Shown here one piece after another: positions 39,319 through 48,871 of a stretch of 64,000 bases of DNA. Within the stretch, counting starts at the first letter, position 1. Each line of letters begins with the position of its first letter. Source of the stretch: a virus (Duplodnaviria > Caudoviricetes); the IMG/VR virus record IMGVR_UViG_3300028914_000003, positions 1-64,000 of that record; one strand, 5' to 3'. The notes below the pieces were generated by a model. That model was given only the letters and a program-made list of their open reading frames with translations. It was not told where the DNA came from and did not search any database. The position numbers and the translations under genes are program-made.

Positions 39319-39570
39319 TTACTGTTTCTCGGTCATTCCGTCGTAGCACTCCAGGGCACGCTTTACGAGCTTGTCGCGGTTCGTGTCCGAGAGCATCATG
39401 TAGAAGTATTCGGCGGCACCACGGGGGCCGTGCATCGTGTCGTAGGCCTCGCACCACTTGTTCCAGAAGTGCGGTGGGAAGTCATCCTTGAACACTTCCT
39501 TGCACTCCTCCTCACTCCAGCGGTTCCACATGTAGTAGAAGAAGCTGGTCACGTCGTTTGTCTTTGCCAT
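39319..39570 (-). CDS. Hypothetical protein
   Basis: 83 aa. Confidence 0.7.
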   Translation of the reverse strand: MAKTNDVTSFFYYMWNRWSEEECKEVFKDDFPPHFWNKWCEAYDTMHGPRGAAEYFYMMLSDTNRDKLVKRALECYDGMTEKQ

Positions 39571-39588
39571 AGTCGTTACTTGTTTTCG

Positions 39589-40194
39589 TTATTTACTCAT
39601 TATGACTGTCTTTTCACCCTGCTCGGTCACGCCATACAGGGTAGCCGTCTGTGCCTTGCTGTACGAGGCGAAGGCATGACGGTATAGGCGATAGCTATAC
39701 TCACCCTTCTCGTGGGAGATGATATAGCTTTCGTATTGGTTGTCGGCGAACACTTCTTCTATCCAGCAGACAATATTGTGCAATACGTCTGCGGGGACGC
39801 TTTCGGGCTCCACATCGATGTCGCCGCCGTCGCCGTATTCGTCATGCGAGAACAGGAACACGAGCGGTGTCACGTCGTCGGGGTCGTAGTGCATACAGAA
39901 CAGATGTCCGATGTCGTGCGAGCCGTCGTCATAGGTGATGGTGCAGGGCTTCAGGCCGTCGCATACGGGCTTGCCGTCGCCCTCGAAGTGATAGAGGTCG
40001 ATGCTGATGCCGCCTTCGCTGCCCTCATGCACTCGCAGGCCGCCTCGTACCTTGGAGTTGCTGTCGTACTCCAGCGGCATAAACAGGCCGCGCTTGTAGT
40101 AGGCGTTCTGTATCACACCCATCAGGTCGGTGAGATACTGAATGGTCTTTTGTTTGTTCTGGTCGTCGATGACCATGTTCTTTGTCTTACTCAT
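39589..40194 (-). CDS. Hypothetical protein
   Basis: 201 aa. Confidence 0.7.
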   Translation of the reverse strand: MSKTKNMVIDDQNKQKTIQYLTDLMGVIQNAYYKRGLFMPLEYDSNSKVRGGLRVHEGSEGGISIDLYHFEGDGKPVCDGLKPCTITYDDGSHDIGHLFCMHYDPDDVTPLVFLFSHDEYGDGGDIDVEPESVPADVLHNIVCWIEEVFADNQYESYIISHEKGEYSYRLYRHAFASYSKAQTATLYGVTEQGEKTVIMSK

Positions 40195-40262
40195 AATCGT
40201 TTTGTTTTGGGGTTAATAATACGGGGTAAAAGTCCGATCCTCGGTTGGATTGTCTGAGGGTA

Positions 40263-40299
40263 TAAAATAAGCATCCCCTGCCATAATAGCAAGGGATGC
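40263..40299 (-). terminator. Terminator after the XRE gene
   Basis: GCATCCC...GGGATGC + U tail. Confidence 0.65.
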
Positions 40300-40327
40300 A
40301 GTAGTGATAAAAAAACTTAGAGGATAC

Positions 40328-40630
40328 TCAAATTGCTGGCCGCACAATGGACAGCCCGAGGGCACCGATAATCCTCATGAACAGACCAGCGGAAGGCTCC
40401 ACACGTCCGTTCTCAATACGGGAGATGTACGATTTCCTGACACCTACCCTCTCGGCCAACTCCTGCTGGGTGATACCATCCTCCTTGCGGGCATCGTGGA
40501 TAAAGGTGCTCACACAATAGGCATAGGCCTCGCGGCGGAACTGCTCACGCCCAGGAGTTCCGGGTGCGCCGTACTTAGCATCCAGGATCTTGTCAAAACT
40601 GTGTACGTCAGGGTTGCCTGTCTGCTTCAT
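40328..40630 (-). CDS. XRE HTH protein, HigA-like antitoxin
   Basis: LDAKYGAPGTPGREQF...ITQQELAERVGVRKSYISRIENG. Confidence 0.8.
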   Translation of the reverse strand: MKQTGNPDVHSFDKILDAKYGAPGTPGREQFRREAYAYCVSTFIHDARKEDGITQQELAERVGVRKSYISRIENGRVEPSAGLFMRIIGALGLSIVRPAI

Positions 40631-40731
40631 TTTGCCGCTTCAGCCTTGTCGTGCAAATAGCCAATGTAGTTTACCACTCCAATCACTGCGGCCACTGCGC
40701 CGACCGCCAGAAAGAAATATACAAGTTCCAT
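40627..40731 (-). CDS. Small membrane peptide (34 aa)
   Basis: MELVYFFLAVGAVAAVIGVVNYIGY..., ATGA overlap with the XRE gene. Confidence 0.55.
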   Translation of the reverse strand: MELVYFFLAVGAVAAVIGVVNYIGYLHDKAEAAK

Positions 40732-40736
40732 AACTC

Positions 40737-41003
40737 TTATTTTTTAATGTTTCCACGTTTGACCAATATCCACGCCGTGATGGCAAGTACTGCCATGACA
40801 AGCGCCCCAATATAGAGAATCACCATCTTGTTCTTGTCGAAGTGGATGATGTAATTCAGGACAACACCAGCATAAGTCAGGCCTGAAAGCGAATAGAAGA
40901 ACTTGCCAAGCTGTATCAGGCCTTCGTTCTTTTCCTTCACCCTCGGCTCCAGATGTTTATTCAGCGTGTTCCGGGGTTTGTTCTTTTCTCTTCGATTAGT
41001 CAT
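40737..41003 (-). CDS. DUF6722-like 2-TM protein
   Basis: LGKFFYSLSGLTYAGVVL; upstream promoter TAATTTTG ~41019-41026. Confidence 0.6.
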   Translation of the reverse strand: MTNRREKNKPRNTLNKHLEPRVKEKNEGLIQLGKFFYSLSGLTYAGVVLNYIIHFDKNKMVILYIGALVMAVLAITAWILVKRGNIKK

Positions 41004-41121
41004 ATCTGTCCACGGCTGCAAAATTAGTAAATAGTTTCCATATCTGCAAACTTTTTTGCCGTAAAAGTTACATATTTGTAGTCAAGGAAGGCACCCGGCG
41101 GCAGAACCGCCGGGCACACTG

Positions 41122-44100
41122 TTACGCTGCCTTCTTGTACTCCCCCTTCTCGCTCTTGTGGAGCTCCTGGTTGATCTTCAGGTCCAGGGCGGAGAGGTCC
41201 TTGCGGAGCTTAGCCAGTTGCTCTTCCTTCGTCCATGACTGCTTGATGATAGTCGAGAGCTGCTGGATACGGCTCTCGTTCTCGTCGTAGATTTCCTGCC
41301 AGCCGTGGGCAATGTCGGCGATGCGCTGCAGGGTCTGCAGGGGCAGCGTCGCGGAGATGGCGGCAGAGGTGCGGTTGAGATGACCGGTCTTGTTGACGAT
41401 GTACATCAGTCGGCTGCCGGAGACGTAGAACTGGTTGTCAAAGGTCTCGTGGGGCTTGCCGTCGATGTAGTTCGTATAGGTCGTGGTCTTCACCAGCAGG
41501 GGGAAGCCATAGACGGTGCCTACCTCGACGTGCTTGCCGTCGGTGCGGGCGGTGTCGGCTATCTTCAATAGGGCGCGGCCTATCTCGGCGTTCCAGTCGT
41601 CACTCCCGACGGCAAAACCGTCGGGCACACTAACACCGTTGATGGTGATAGAGTTGACAATCGCACCGTCCCTCTCAAACTTCTTCATGCCGAAAGTAAC
41701 GGCATCCTCCGTCGCGCTCTGGATGTTGCGCTGTAGTGTCTCGTTGTCCTGCTGCAGGCGGTGCTGCTTCTGTTCCTGCTCGTTCTTGTCGCGCAGGAAC
41801 GACTTGCGCTCGGCCTCCAGTGCGGCTATCTGCTTCTCCAGCTTGGCACGGGTCAGCAGGTCGGTATTACCGCTCAGGATAGCCATGTACTCGGAGAAGT
41901 TCATGCCGGTCTTCTCGTCAAACGCTCCCTCGTCAAGGGTACGTATCGAGAGCTGACCGCGCTTCAGCTGGTTGATGAACGTCTGCTTACAGTGCAGGAG
42001 GTTGAACTTATACGAGTCCAGCGACCGCTCCACGGCATAGATTATAATCTCCACCTGATTGTCGTTGAACTGCTTGGCCACCTCGTTACCCTTTCGGATG
42101 GCGCGGCCGTCGCGCTGCTCCAGGTCGGAGGGTCGCCACGGTGTGTCTAAGTGATGCACGGCGACGACACGCTGCTGGGCATTGACACCCGTTCCGAGCA
42201 TCGACGTAGAACCGAACAGCACGCGCACCTTACCCTCGTTGACCTCCTTGATAAGCTGCTGCTTCTTCGAGTCACATTTACATTCCTGTATGAAGCGTAT
42301 CTCCTTCGATGGGATGCCGTACTCCTCGACCAGCTTCCGCTTAATCTCCTCATAGACGTTCCACCCTTTGCCGGCACCCTGATACGTCGAGAGGTCGGAG
42401 AATATCATCTGCGTACCCTTCTGGGCGTCGAACTTGCGGTAGTACTCGTTCACCAGCCAGGCGCACTTCGATGCCTTCGTCCGGGGATGGTCGCCGTAAC
42501 TCTCGTCAATCATCCTCATGTCGAGCGACATCTTACGGGCCATGTCCGTTGCATAGAGCATCTTGGCTCGCTGCTGGGCGTCGGTGACGTGGTACTTGCC
42601 AATCAGGGAGAAGTCGCCGGTCTTAGCAAACTTCATCAGCGTCTCGATAAAGGCCTCCTGGTCGGGCGTCGGCTTGATGTTCAGCAGTCTGGCGTGCTTC
42701 TTCGGACGGTCGATGCCTACGTCCTCGGCGGTGCGGAAGTCCGTTATCTCGTTGTAGAACATGGCCAGCTCAGGCACCTTGATAAAGTAGCGGAAGCGCT
42801 CCTTCAGCACGATCTGGTTGGTCAGTCCAAACTCAAACTCCGCGCTCTTCTTGGTGAAGATGGCAGCCCATGCGTCGAAACAGGTGATGCCCTGCTTGGC
42901 CAGAGCCTGCGGACGCAGATAGCGGAACAGAGAATAGAGCTCGGTCAGCGAGTTCGTCACCGTGGTACCACTGAGGAACGTCGCTCCGAGGTCGCGGCCC
43001 GTCCGCTTCTGGATGGTGCGGATAGCCATCAGCAGATTGAAGGCTCGCTTCGAGCCGTCCGAGTTGCCAAGGCCTGCCACACGGTCGTGACGAGTAGAAA
43101 AACCGAGGTTCTTGAATTGGTGGCTCTCATCGACGAAGATATGGTCGATGCCCATCATACGGAAGTCCACCACGTCGTCGGCACGCCTCTTGATAGCATC
43201 CTGCAGCTTCAGTATCTCGGCCTCCTTGTTGCGCTTGCGGCGCTCCAGACCCTTGCGCATCTGACTGCTGATGCTATAGTCGTGCAGACCGTTCAGTGCC
43301 TGCAGCGAATCCTCAATCTGCTTTAACTCGTCGGCCAGCACCTCCTCCATGATGTCGTCGCTCTGAGGGATACGCCCGAACGAGTCGTGACTCATAATCA
43401 CCACGTCCCAGTTGTTGTTCTTCGCACGGTTCAGGAAGTCAGCACGGGCCTCGCTGCCCGAGTAGTCCTTCTCCGAGGCATAGAGCACCTTCGCCTGGGG
43501 GTAAGCCATGCGGTAGGTGTCGGCAATCTCCTTGACGTTCGCCTTCAGACCGATAATCATCGGCTTGTGGCAGAAGCCCAGGCGCTTCATCTCCGCAGCG
43601 GCGATACACATGATCAGTGTTTTGCCGCCGCCCACCTCGTGGTCACAGATGCCGCCGCCGTTCTGTACCAGCATCCAGATGCAGTCCTTCTGACTCTGAT
43701 AGAGGTCCTTGAAACCCTTGATGTTCTTCGCCAGGTTCTCACGGCTCAGGCCGGGGAACTTCTGATGACTGCCGTCGTACTTCGGCTTCACGAAGCAGTT
43801 GAACTTGCGGTTATAGATACGCGCCGTCTCATCCTTCCACTCCTTGGGCTGACGGATGAGCCAGTCCTGGAAGCCCTGACGGATTTCCTCAATCTTGGCA
43901 TTCGCTAACTGCGTCTTCTCGGGGTCCTCCTCCTTCAGGTGCTCACCCTTGTCGTTATACATACAGCGGCCTTGGCTGTCGCGCTGATACTTCATCATCT
44001 TCGGACAGGTATTCTGCAGGGCATGGATGAACAGCCCCACGCCGTCTATCGACTTCGTGGCCTCACTCGATACCGAGTACTGGCTCCATATCTTCTCATT

Positions 44101-46131
44101 GCGGCAGCTGCACGATACGGCAAACTGGTCCAGCAGTGCGTCGTACTTCACCTTCATCGTCACGCTGCTTCTCCATGCGTAGCTCTCTTCTTCAGAGCCT
44201 TCCGGCATCGAGAAGAACTCCGAGCCAAAGTCGGCATACACCTGCGGGTTCATCCATCGCTCACCCAGATTGAAGTCCAGGTCGGCAAACGGAATCGGTG
44301 CCGGGATAGCATCCTGCAGCGCTCTCATCGACTGCAATATCCGAATCTCCTCGGGAACAACAAGCGACGGCAGTTTTCGTTCAGTGCTCGGCGCTTCAGC
44401 GTCGAGATACATTGCCACCTTGGGAAATTTCCCCTTAATTTCCTCTAATTTCCCAATCACATCCCCGGCAATAAACTTCGCCTTGATCTCAAACTCACCG
44501 TTCAGCGGGTTATAGAACACCTCGCCGTCCAGCTCCCTGAGTATCTCGTCCTCGGTCAGCCCCGTCATAGCCGTCATATACCCCATGTCCGGCTTGCCGT
44601 AGTCATTCAGGCTCTGCGCCAGCGCATCCTGTGCCGTCTTCGCCTCGTGCAGCTCCTCCGTCGAGAACGCCACCGGCTTCTGGAAGATGTCGGCCTTGTG
44701 CGCCACACCTTTCTCGTCTCGATATTCTAACGATAATATATCCTCAATCTTCAGCTTCTTTGCAGCTGGCTTGTTATGGCAGTTATTCAGGCAGCCAAAG
44801 TCAAGTTGAAACTCGTCATAGAGCCTGTTCAACTCCTTGCGCAGCTCCGTATTCTCTTCCTGCTTGGTAGCCTCGTATTCATACAACTCCGTATAAACCT
44901 TGTGCATTGCCAGCATCTTCTCTTCACGCTCCGTCATCTTCGGCTCCTGCTGAGAACTCTGATTACTCTGAGTATTCCGAGTGTTCTGATTACTCTCAAA
45001 CAGCCCCTTGTCAAACTTCTCCGCCATATCCTTCGCCAGTACATCGCCCATCTGCTTGCTGATGCCGCTCACCCCGTCACGGTGCATATAGACGAACCCA
45101 GGCTTGCCGTAAGCATCCGTGTCTCTCTCCGTCGAAGTCGCAATCACATGGTCCTGATAGCACTGGAAGTACAGGTTCGTCGGACACCCCTCGTCCTCAT
45201 ACTGCGTCAGCAGCATACTCTCATCGGCGGTGATACCCTGCTTGTGCGAGTCCTTCTGCAGCACCAGCAGGTCAGTACCAACCTCGGTACCGGCTTCCTT
45301 AAACAGGTTGTTCGCCAGACGGTAGGCACCAATCAGCCGTGCCTGCTTCAGTGCCTCGGCCAACTGCTCCCCGTCGCGGTTCAGGTAGTTCGAGGTGATG
45401 ATATACGCCTCGATGCCGCCATCCCTCAGACAGTCAAGCCCCTTCAGCACATAGTAGCGGTGGATATACCGCACCGCCTCCCGACGCACCGCCTCCTTCG
45501 AGTTCGAGTACGCAGCGTCGAACACCCTGATATCCCCGAACGGCACATTCGTAGCCACCAGGTCAAACAGCCCCAGCTCCGAGTTAGGGATAGTCTCGAA
45601 ACCCTTCGTGTGAACGACGGTTTTCCCGTCGTTAAACTGTCTGTCGAGTATCAGCCCCTGCAGCAGGTCTTTCTCGTAGGCCGTCACCTGCATCTCGTTA
45701 CCGTCAACAATAGAAGCGAACAAACCGCCTCTCATAAAGATACCGTTACCGGCAGCAGGATCCAGCATAGACTTCAGGCGAACACGTTTTTCATAAAACG
45801 AATGCTGAAACCCATATATGCTACTAAAGATAGCTGTCACCATCTCCTTCGGCGTATAGTACGCCGTCAGTACGCTGCTCTTCAGGCTCTGCCACCAGGC
45901 ATCATACTTGTTTCCGTTGCCTGCTGCCTTCACCAGCATCTGGCGAAGACGTACCGTGTCCTCGTAATAGACCTGGTCACTCTTGCTCCATGTGGACTTG
46001 TCGCCAGTATTCAGCAGGAAGTTCATCCCGCCGAAGCCGCTGTACTTCGCCAGCACATCCCGGTCGTTCCCCCCGTTCAGCGCATGCTCTATCGCCGCGA
46101 GATTATCGCGCAGTCTCTGTAACTTGCTCAT
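41122..46131 (-). CDS. DarB-like N6-adenine methyltransferase / SNF2 helicase (anti-restriction)
   Basis: MLDPAAGNG, ATNVPFGD; HEVGGGKT, DESH, LSGT, QRDGRAIRKGN. Confidence 0.85.
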   Translation of the reverse strand: MSKLQRLRDNLAAIEHALNGGNDRDVLAKYSGFGGMNFLLNTGDKSTWSKSDQVYYEDTVRLRQMLVKAAGNGNKYDAWWQSLKSSVLTAYYTPKEMVTAIFSSIYGFQHSFYEKRVRLKSMLDPAAGNGIFMRGGLFASIVDGNEMQVTAYEKDLLQGLILDRQFNDGKTVVHTKGFETIPNSELGLFDLVATNVPFGDIRVFDAAYSNSKEAVRREAVRYIHRYYVLKGLDCLRDGGIEAYIITSNYLNRDGEQLAEALKQARLIGAYRLANNLFKEAGTEVGTDLLVLQKDSHKQGITADESMLLTQYEDEGCPTNLYFQCYQDHVIATSTERDTDAYGKPGFVYMHRDGVSGISKQMGDVLAKDMAEKFDKGLFESNQNTRNTQSNQSSQQEPKMTEREEKMLAMHKVYTELYEYEATKQEENTELRKELNRLYDEFQLDFGCLNNCHNKPAAKKLKIEDILSLEYRDEKGVAHKADIFQKPVAFSTEELHEAKTAQDALAQSLNDYGKPDMGYMTAMTGLTEDEILRELDGEVFYNPLNGEFEIKAKFIAGDVIGKLEEIKGKFPKVAMYLDAEAPSTERKLPSLVVPEEIRILQSMRALQDAIPAPIPFADLDFNLGERWMNPQVYADFGSEFFSMPEGSEEESYAWRSSVTMKVKYDALLDQFAVSCSCRNEKIWSQYSVSSEATKSIDGVGLFIHALQNTCPKMMKYQRDSQGRCMYNDKGEHLKEEDPEKTQLANAKIEEIRQGFQDWLIRQPKEWKDETARIYNRKFNCFVKPKYDGSHQKFPGLSRENLAKNIKGFKDLYQSQKDCIWMLVQNGGGICDHEVGGGKTLIMCIAAAEMKRLGFCHKPMIIGLKANVKEIADTYRMAYPQAKVLYASEKDYSGSEARADFLNRAKNNNWDVVIMSHDSFGRIPQSDDIMEEVLADELKQIEDSLQALNGLHDYSISSQMRKGLERRKRNKEAEILKLQDAIKRRADDVVDFRMMGIDHIFVDESHQFKNLGFSTRHDRVAGLGNSDGSKRAFNLLMAIRTIQKRTGRDLGATFLSGTTVTNSLTELYSLFRYLRPQALAKQGITCFDAWAAIFTKKSAEFEFGLTNQIVLKERFRYFIKVPELAMFYNEITDFRTAEDVGIDRPKKHARLLNIKPTPDQEAFIETLMKFAKTGDFSLIGKYHVTDAQQRAKMLYATDMARKMSLDMRMIDESYGDHPRTKASKCAWLVNEYYRKFDAQKGTQMIFSDLSTYQGAGKGWNVYEEIKRKLVEEYGIPSKEIRFIQECKCDSKKQQLIKEVNEGKVRVLFGSTSMLGTGVNAQQRVVAVHHLDTPWRPSDLEQRDGRAIRKGNEVAKQFNDNQVEIIIYAVERSLDSYKFNLLHCKQTFINQLKRGQLSIRTLDEGAFDEKTGMNFSEYMAILSGNTDLLTRAKLEKQIAALEAERKSFLRDKNEQEQKQHRLQQDNETLQRNIQSATEDAVTFGMKKFERDGAIVNSITINGVSVPDGFAVGSDDWNAEIGRALLKIADTARTDGKHVEVGTVYGFPLLVKTTTYTNYIDGKPHETFDNQFYVSGSRLMYIVNKTGHLNRTSAAISATLPLQTLQRIADIAHGWQEIYDENESRIQQLSTIIKQSWTKEEQLAKLRKDLSALDLKINQELHKSEKGEYKKAA

Positions 46132-46152
46132 AGTCGTATCTCGTTTTAGTTG

Positions 46153-46446
46153 TTAATCCCATTCACCGAAGGCGATGAGTCCGCAGACCTCGTTGTCGCA
46201 CGTCAGCACATACACAATCCATTCGTTGTCGAACTTCCAGAAGAACTCCTCCATGCCGTCGATGTCAGCGGGAGGTATCTCAGAGTGGTGATGACTCGCA
46301 ACATAGCCCGCAAGATTCTCTCCGTCCTCGGCAATACTCTCGACGCTCTTCAGGTGGTACTTGCCGTCATCCCAGTTGTCGTCATTAAACATACGCAGCG
46401 CTCTCAGCACCTCGTTGTTGCTCATTGCATAGCTTTCAATTTTCAT
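46153..46446 (-). CDS. Hypothetical acidic protein
   Basis: 97 aa. Confidence 0.65.
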   Translation of the reverse strand: MKIESYAMSNNEVLRALRMFNDDNWDDGKYHLKSVESIAEDGENLAGYVASHHHSEIPPADIDGMEEFFWKFDNEWIVYVLTCDNEVCGLIAFGEWD

Positions 46447-46462
46447 AATTGTCTCGATTTTA

Positions 46463-46494
46463 TTTGGTCGTTTCAAAAATTGTTCGTACCTTTG
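46463..46494 (+). promoter_or_regulatory. Consensus Bacteroidota sigma-A promoter, antisense to flanking genes
   Basis: TTTG (46463-66) - 20 nt - TACCTTTG (46487-94). Confidence 0.8.
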
Positions 46495-46499
46495 CACCC

Positions 46500-46690
46500 A
46501 GAAGATGGCCGATACCTATCGGCACAGCCATCTTTCGGACTTTAGAGAATTTTCACCCGAAGACGGATGAAAGTGAATCTCCAAATCCTGGCAAATACAA
46601 TCTCAACCATTGTAATGCAGGGTTTGAACGACGGGAATAAGCCCGTCTCTCAGGGAGCGAATAACTGACGTTCGCCCTCTTTTTTTATTT
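46500..46690 (+). ncRNA. Candidate ~190-nt structured small RNA
   Basis: Own promoter, four hairpins, then terminator GGGAGCGAA...TTCGCCCTC-T7. Confidence 0.55.
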
Positions 46691-46723
46691 GCGAATAATT
46701 CGTGGTAGTTCGTGTTCGTATCC

Positions 46724-48103
46724 TCACGCCGCCTTCTTCGTTTTCGTTTTCGTTGCCTTAGCATAGCTGCTGTGCTGGAACACAAACCGCACCGCCGCCA
46801 TGACGCTCACACTCCGTAAGCCGTCGGCGTGCATCGTGCTCATACACTCCCGCTGGCCTTTGCCAATCTCGATACCCACCAGCAGGTGCAGCATCATCCA
46901 GTCGAAGTCCGTCACCGTCACCTCGTCGTTGATGGCCGACGTGCTGAACGCCTCGGTCACGCTGCCAAGCTGCTGCAGGATCTTCGCCTTTGTGAGCACC
47001 GACATCTTGCGGTTTGTTTCAGACACGACCGCCCTTCCGTAACGCTCCTGCCATGGAGTAGGCTCGTTGCCGAACTTCAGCCACGGCTCGAACAGCCCGA
47101 TAACCTTGTCGACATCCTCCGTCACAGGGCCATCCTCCCATTCCAGGTGGACGTTTCCGAGGGCGTACTTGTCGGTCTTGAACTTGAACGTCGTGCCGGG
47201 GAACTTCGCCTTGAGCATCGTCTTCAGGTTGGCGACGGCCACCTCCTGCTTCTCCCTGTCCGATAGTCCGGCACTGATAGCAATCAGCTTCTCGCTCCAC
47301 TCCTCAATCAGCGGCTTCTGCTCGGCCAGCAGCTTCGCCTTGCGCTCCGCCTCGATGCGCAGCTGCTCCTGGCGCTTCCATGCAATCTCGGCAATCAGCG
47401 TGTCGAGCTGTGAGTGGAACATCGTGCCGTACATCGAAGGCATATAATACTCGCCAATGCTCTGGTCACCCTTGGGGTTGCCGAACATACAGTAGTGCTC
47501 TGAGCGGAACATCACCACCTTGGCTAAACGCCTTTCCTTGTGGATGCCATTGAAGGGGTCGGGTTTCTGCAAAACATCCCAGCCGCCGTAGATGTCGCCG
47601 GCCAGCCATTCATAGAAGAACGTTCCGAAGAACTCTTCATCGGTCATAGTGAACACCTTCTCAATCATCACCACCACCATCTCGTCGTTCACGCCATCCT
47701 TTAGCACGGCCTCCAGAACACCATCAGCTTTCTTGTCGCAGTAGGTGCCCTTCAACTTCCAGGCATAGACATACTCGCCAGCCTTCCATTCCAGGTGGCT
47801 CTTCTGCTTGTTCTTCCTCGCCTGCTCGATAGCCTGCTCCACCTTGCGGCGCTCACGCTCCTTGCGCTCACGCTCCGCCCGTTCCCTGGCCTCACGCTCC
47901 CTACGCTCCCTACCCTTGCGGGCCTTGGTATAGTCGCCAGCCAGCTCTGCCTTGCGCTCCTCATACTGCGCCTGCATCTCCTGGAACTTGGCGGTAGCCT
48001 CCGGGTCGTTGGGGTTCCTGTCCGGGTGCAACTGAATCACGAGCCGCTTGTGCTCCTGCTCCAGCTGCTCCGTAGTCATGCAATTATCGAAATATCCTTT
48101 CAT
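46724..48103 (-). CDS. J-domain (DnaJ HPD) protein with LPD29-like C-terminal domain
   Basis: LVIQLHPDRNP...AKFQEM; ANLKTMLKAKFPGTTF...WEDGP. Confidence 0.7.
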   Translation of the reverse strand: MKGYFDNCMTTEQLEQEHKRLVIQLHPDRNPNDPEATAKFQEMQAQYEERKAELAGDYTKARKGRERREREARERAERERKERERRKVEQAIEQARKNKQKSHLEWKAGEYVYAWKLKGTYCDKKADGVLEAVLKDGVNDEMVVVMIEKVFTMTDEEFFGTFFYEWLAGDIYGGWDVLQKPDPFNGIHKERRLAKVVMFRSEHYCMFGNPKGDQSIGEYYMPSMYGTMFHSQLDTLIAEIAWKRQEQLRIEAERKAKLLAEQKPLIEEWSEKLIAISAGLSDREKQEVAVANLKTMLKAKFPGTTFKFKTDKYALGNVHLEWEDGPVTEDVDKVIGLFEPWLKFGNEPTPWQERYGRAVVSETNRKMSVLTKAKILQQLGSVTEAFSTSAINDEVTVTDFDWMMLHLLVGIEIGKGQRECMSTMHADGLRSVSVMAAVRFVFQHSSYAKATKTKTKKAA

Positions 48104-48138
48104 GTTGCTTCAAAGTTTCATGTTTTATGTTTCAAGTT

Positions 48139-48468
48139 TCACGCTGCCATGCCATACCACATCCGCTCCAACTGGTTGCGCAACTCGTCGCACTCCTGTT
48201 TCGTAGGTTCGTGGTCGCAGGAGGCAAATGGCTTGTCGGCGGTGCCTACCCGGAAGTATGGCGTCCATGCAACATTCTCCTGCCAGAAGATAATCAGATA
48301 CCACCGCTTCCCATGCTTCTGCACGAGATAGCCGTCCCAGTCGCCAGCACTGCTGGTAGTGTTCCACAACTCAGCCCTCACCACGCCGTTCACATCGTTG
48401 GCAAGGAACCTCTCGGGAGCGTACCATGTACCCTCCACTTCCCATTTTCTGTTTGTCAATAGTGCCAT
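48139..48468 (-). CDS. Hypothetical protein
   Basis: 109 aa. Confidence 0.7.
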   Translation of the reverse strand: MALLTNRKWEVEGTWYAPERFLANDVNGVVRAELWNTTSSAGDWDGYLVQKHGKRWYLIIFWQENVAWTPYFRVGTADKPFASCDHEPTKQECDELRNQLERMWYGMAA

Positions 48469-48499
48469 AATCGCTGATGTTTTGATGTTTATAATCCGT

Positions 48500-48811
48500 T
48501 TACGCCTCGTAGCTCAGTTCAAAGTGGTGATACGTATAGTTCTCGTGGAAGATGAATCCGGCGATGTCGCCGAAGTACTCCCACTTTTCGAGCGTGTCTT
48601 CGGGATAGTCCATGAAGAGGTCATCCCGCATGTGCTGCTCAGCATACAGGCCAGGATATTCCTTGATGCACTCGTCAGCCTTCTTGCGGTACTTGTCGCG
48701 CTGCTTGTTGTAATACGCCTGCGCTTCCTCCAGGTTGTCAAAGCACTTGTCGGGATAGTTATGGTGACCGTCCGGCTCATAGTTTGCTCTGTGTGATACA
48801 ATGTACTCCAT
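48500..48811 (-). CDS. Hypothetical protein
   Basis: 103 aa. Confidence 0.7.
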   Translation of the reverse strand: MEYIVSHRANYEPDGHHNYPDKCFDNLEEAQAYYNKQRDKYRKKADECIKEYPGLYAEQHMRDDLFMDYPEDTLEKWEYFGDIAGFIFHENYTYHHFELSYEA

Positions 48812-48871
48812 AATTCTGAATGATTTTTTTGAATAATTTTCTGTTAATTTTGAGCGAAGCGACCCGATGAC

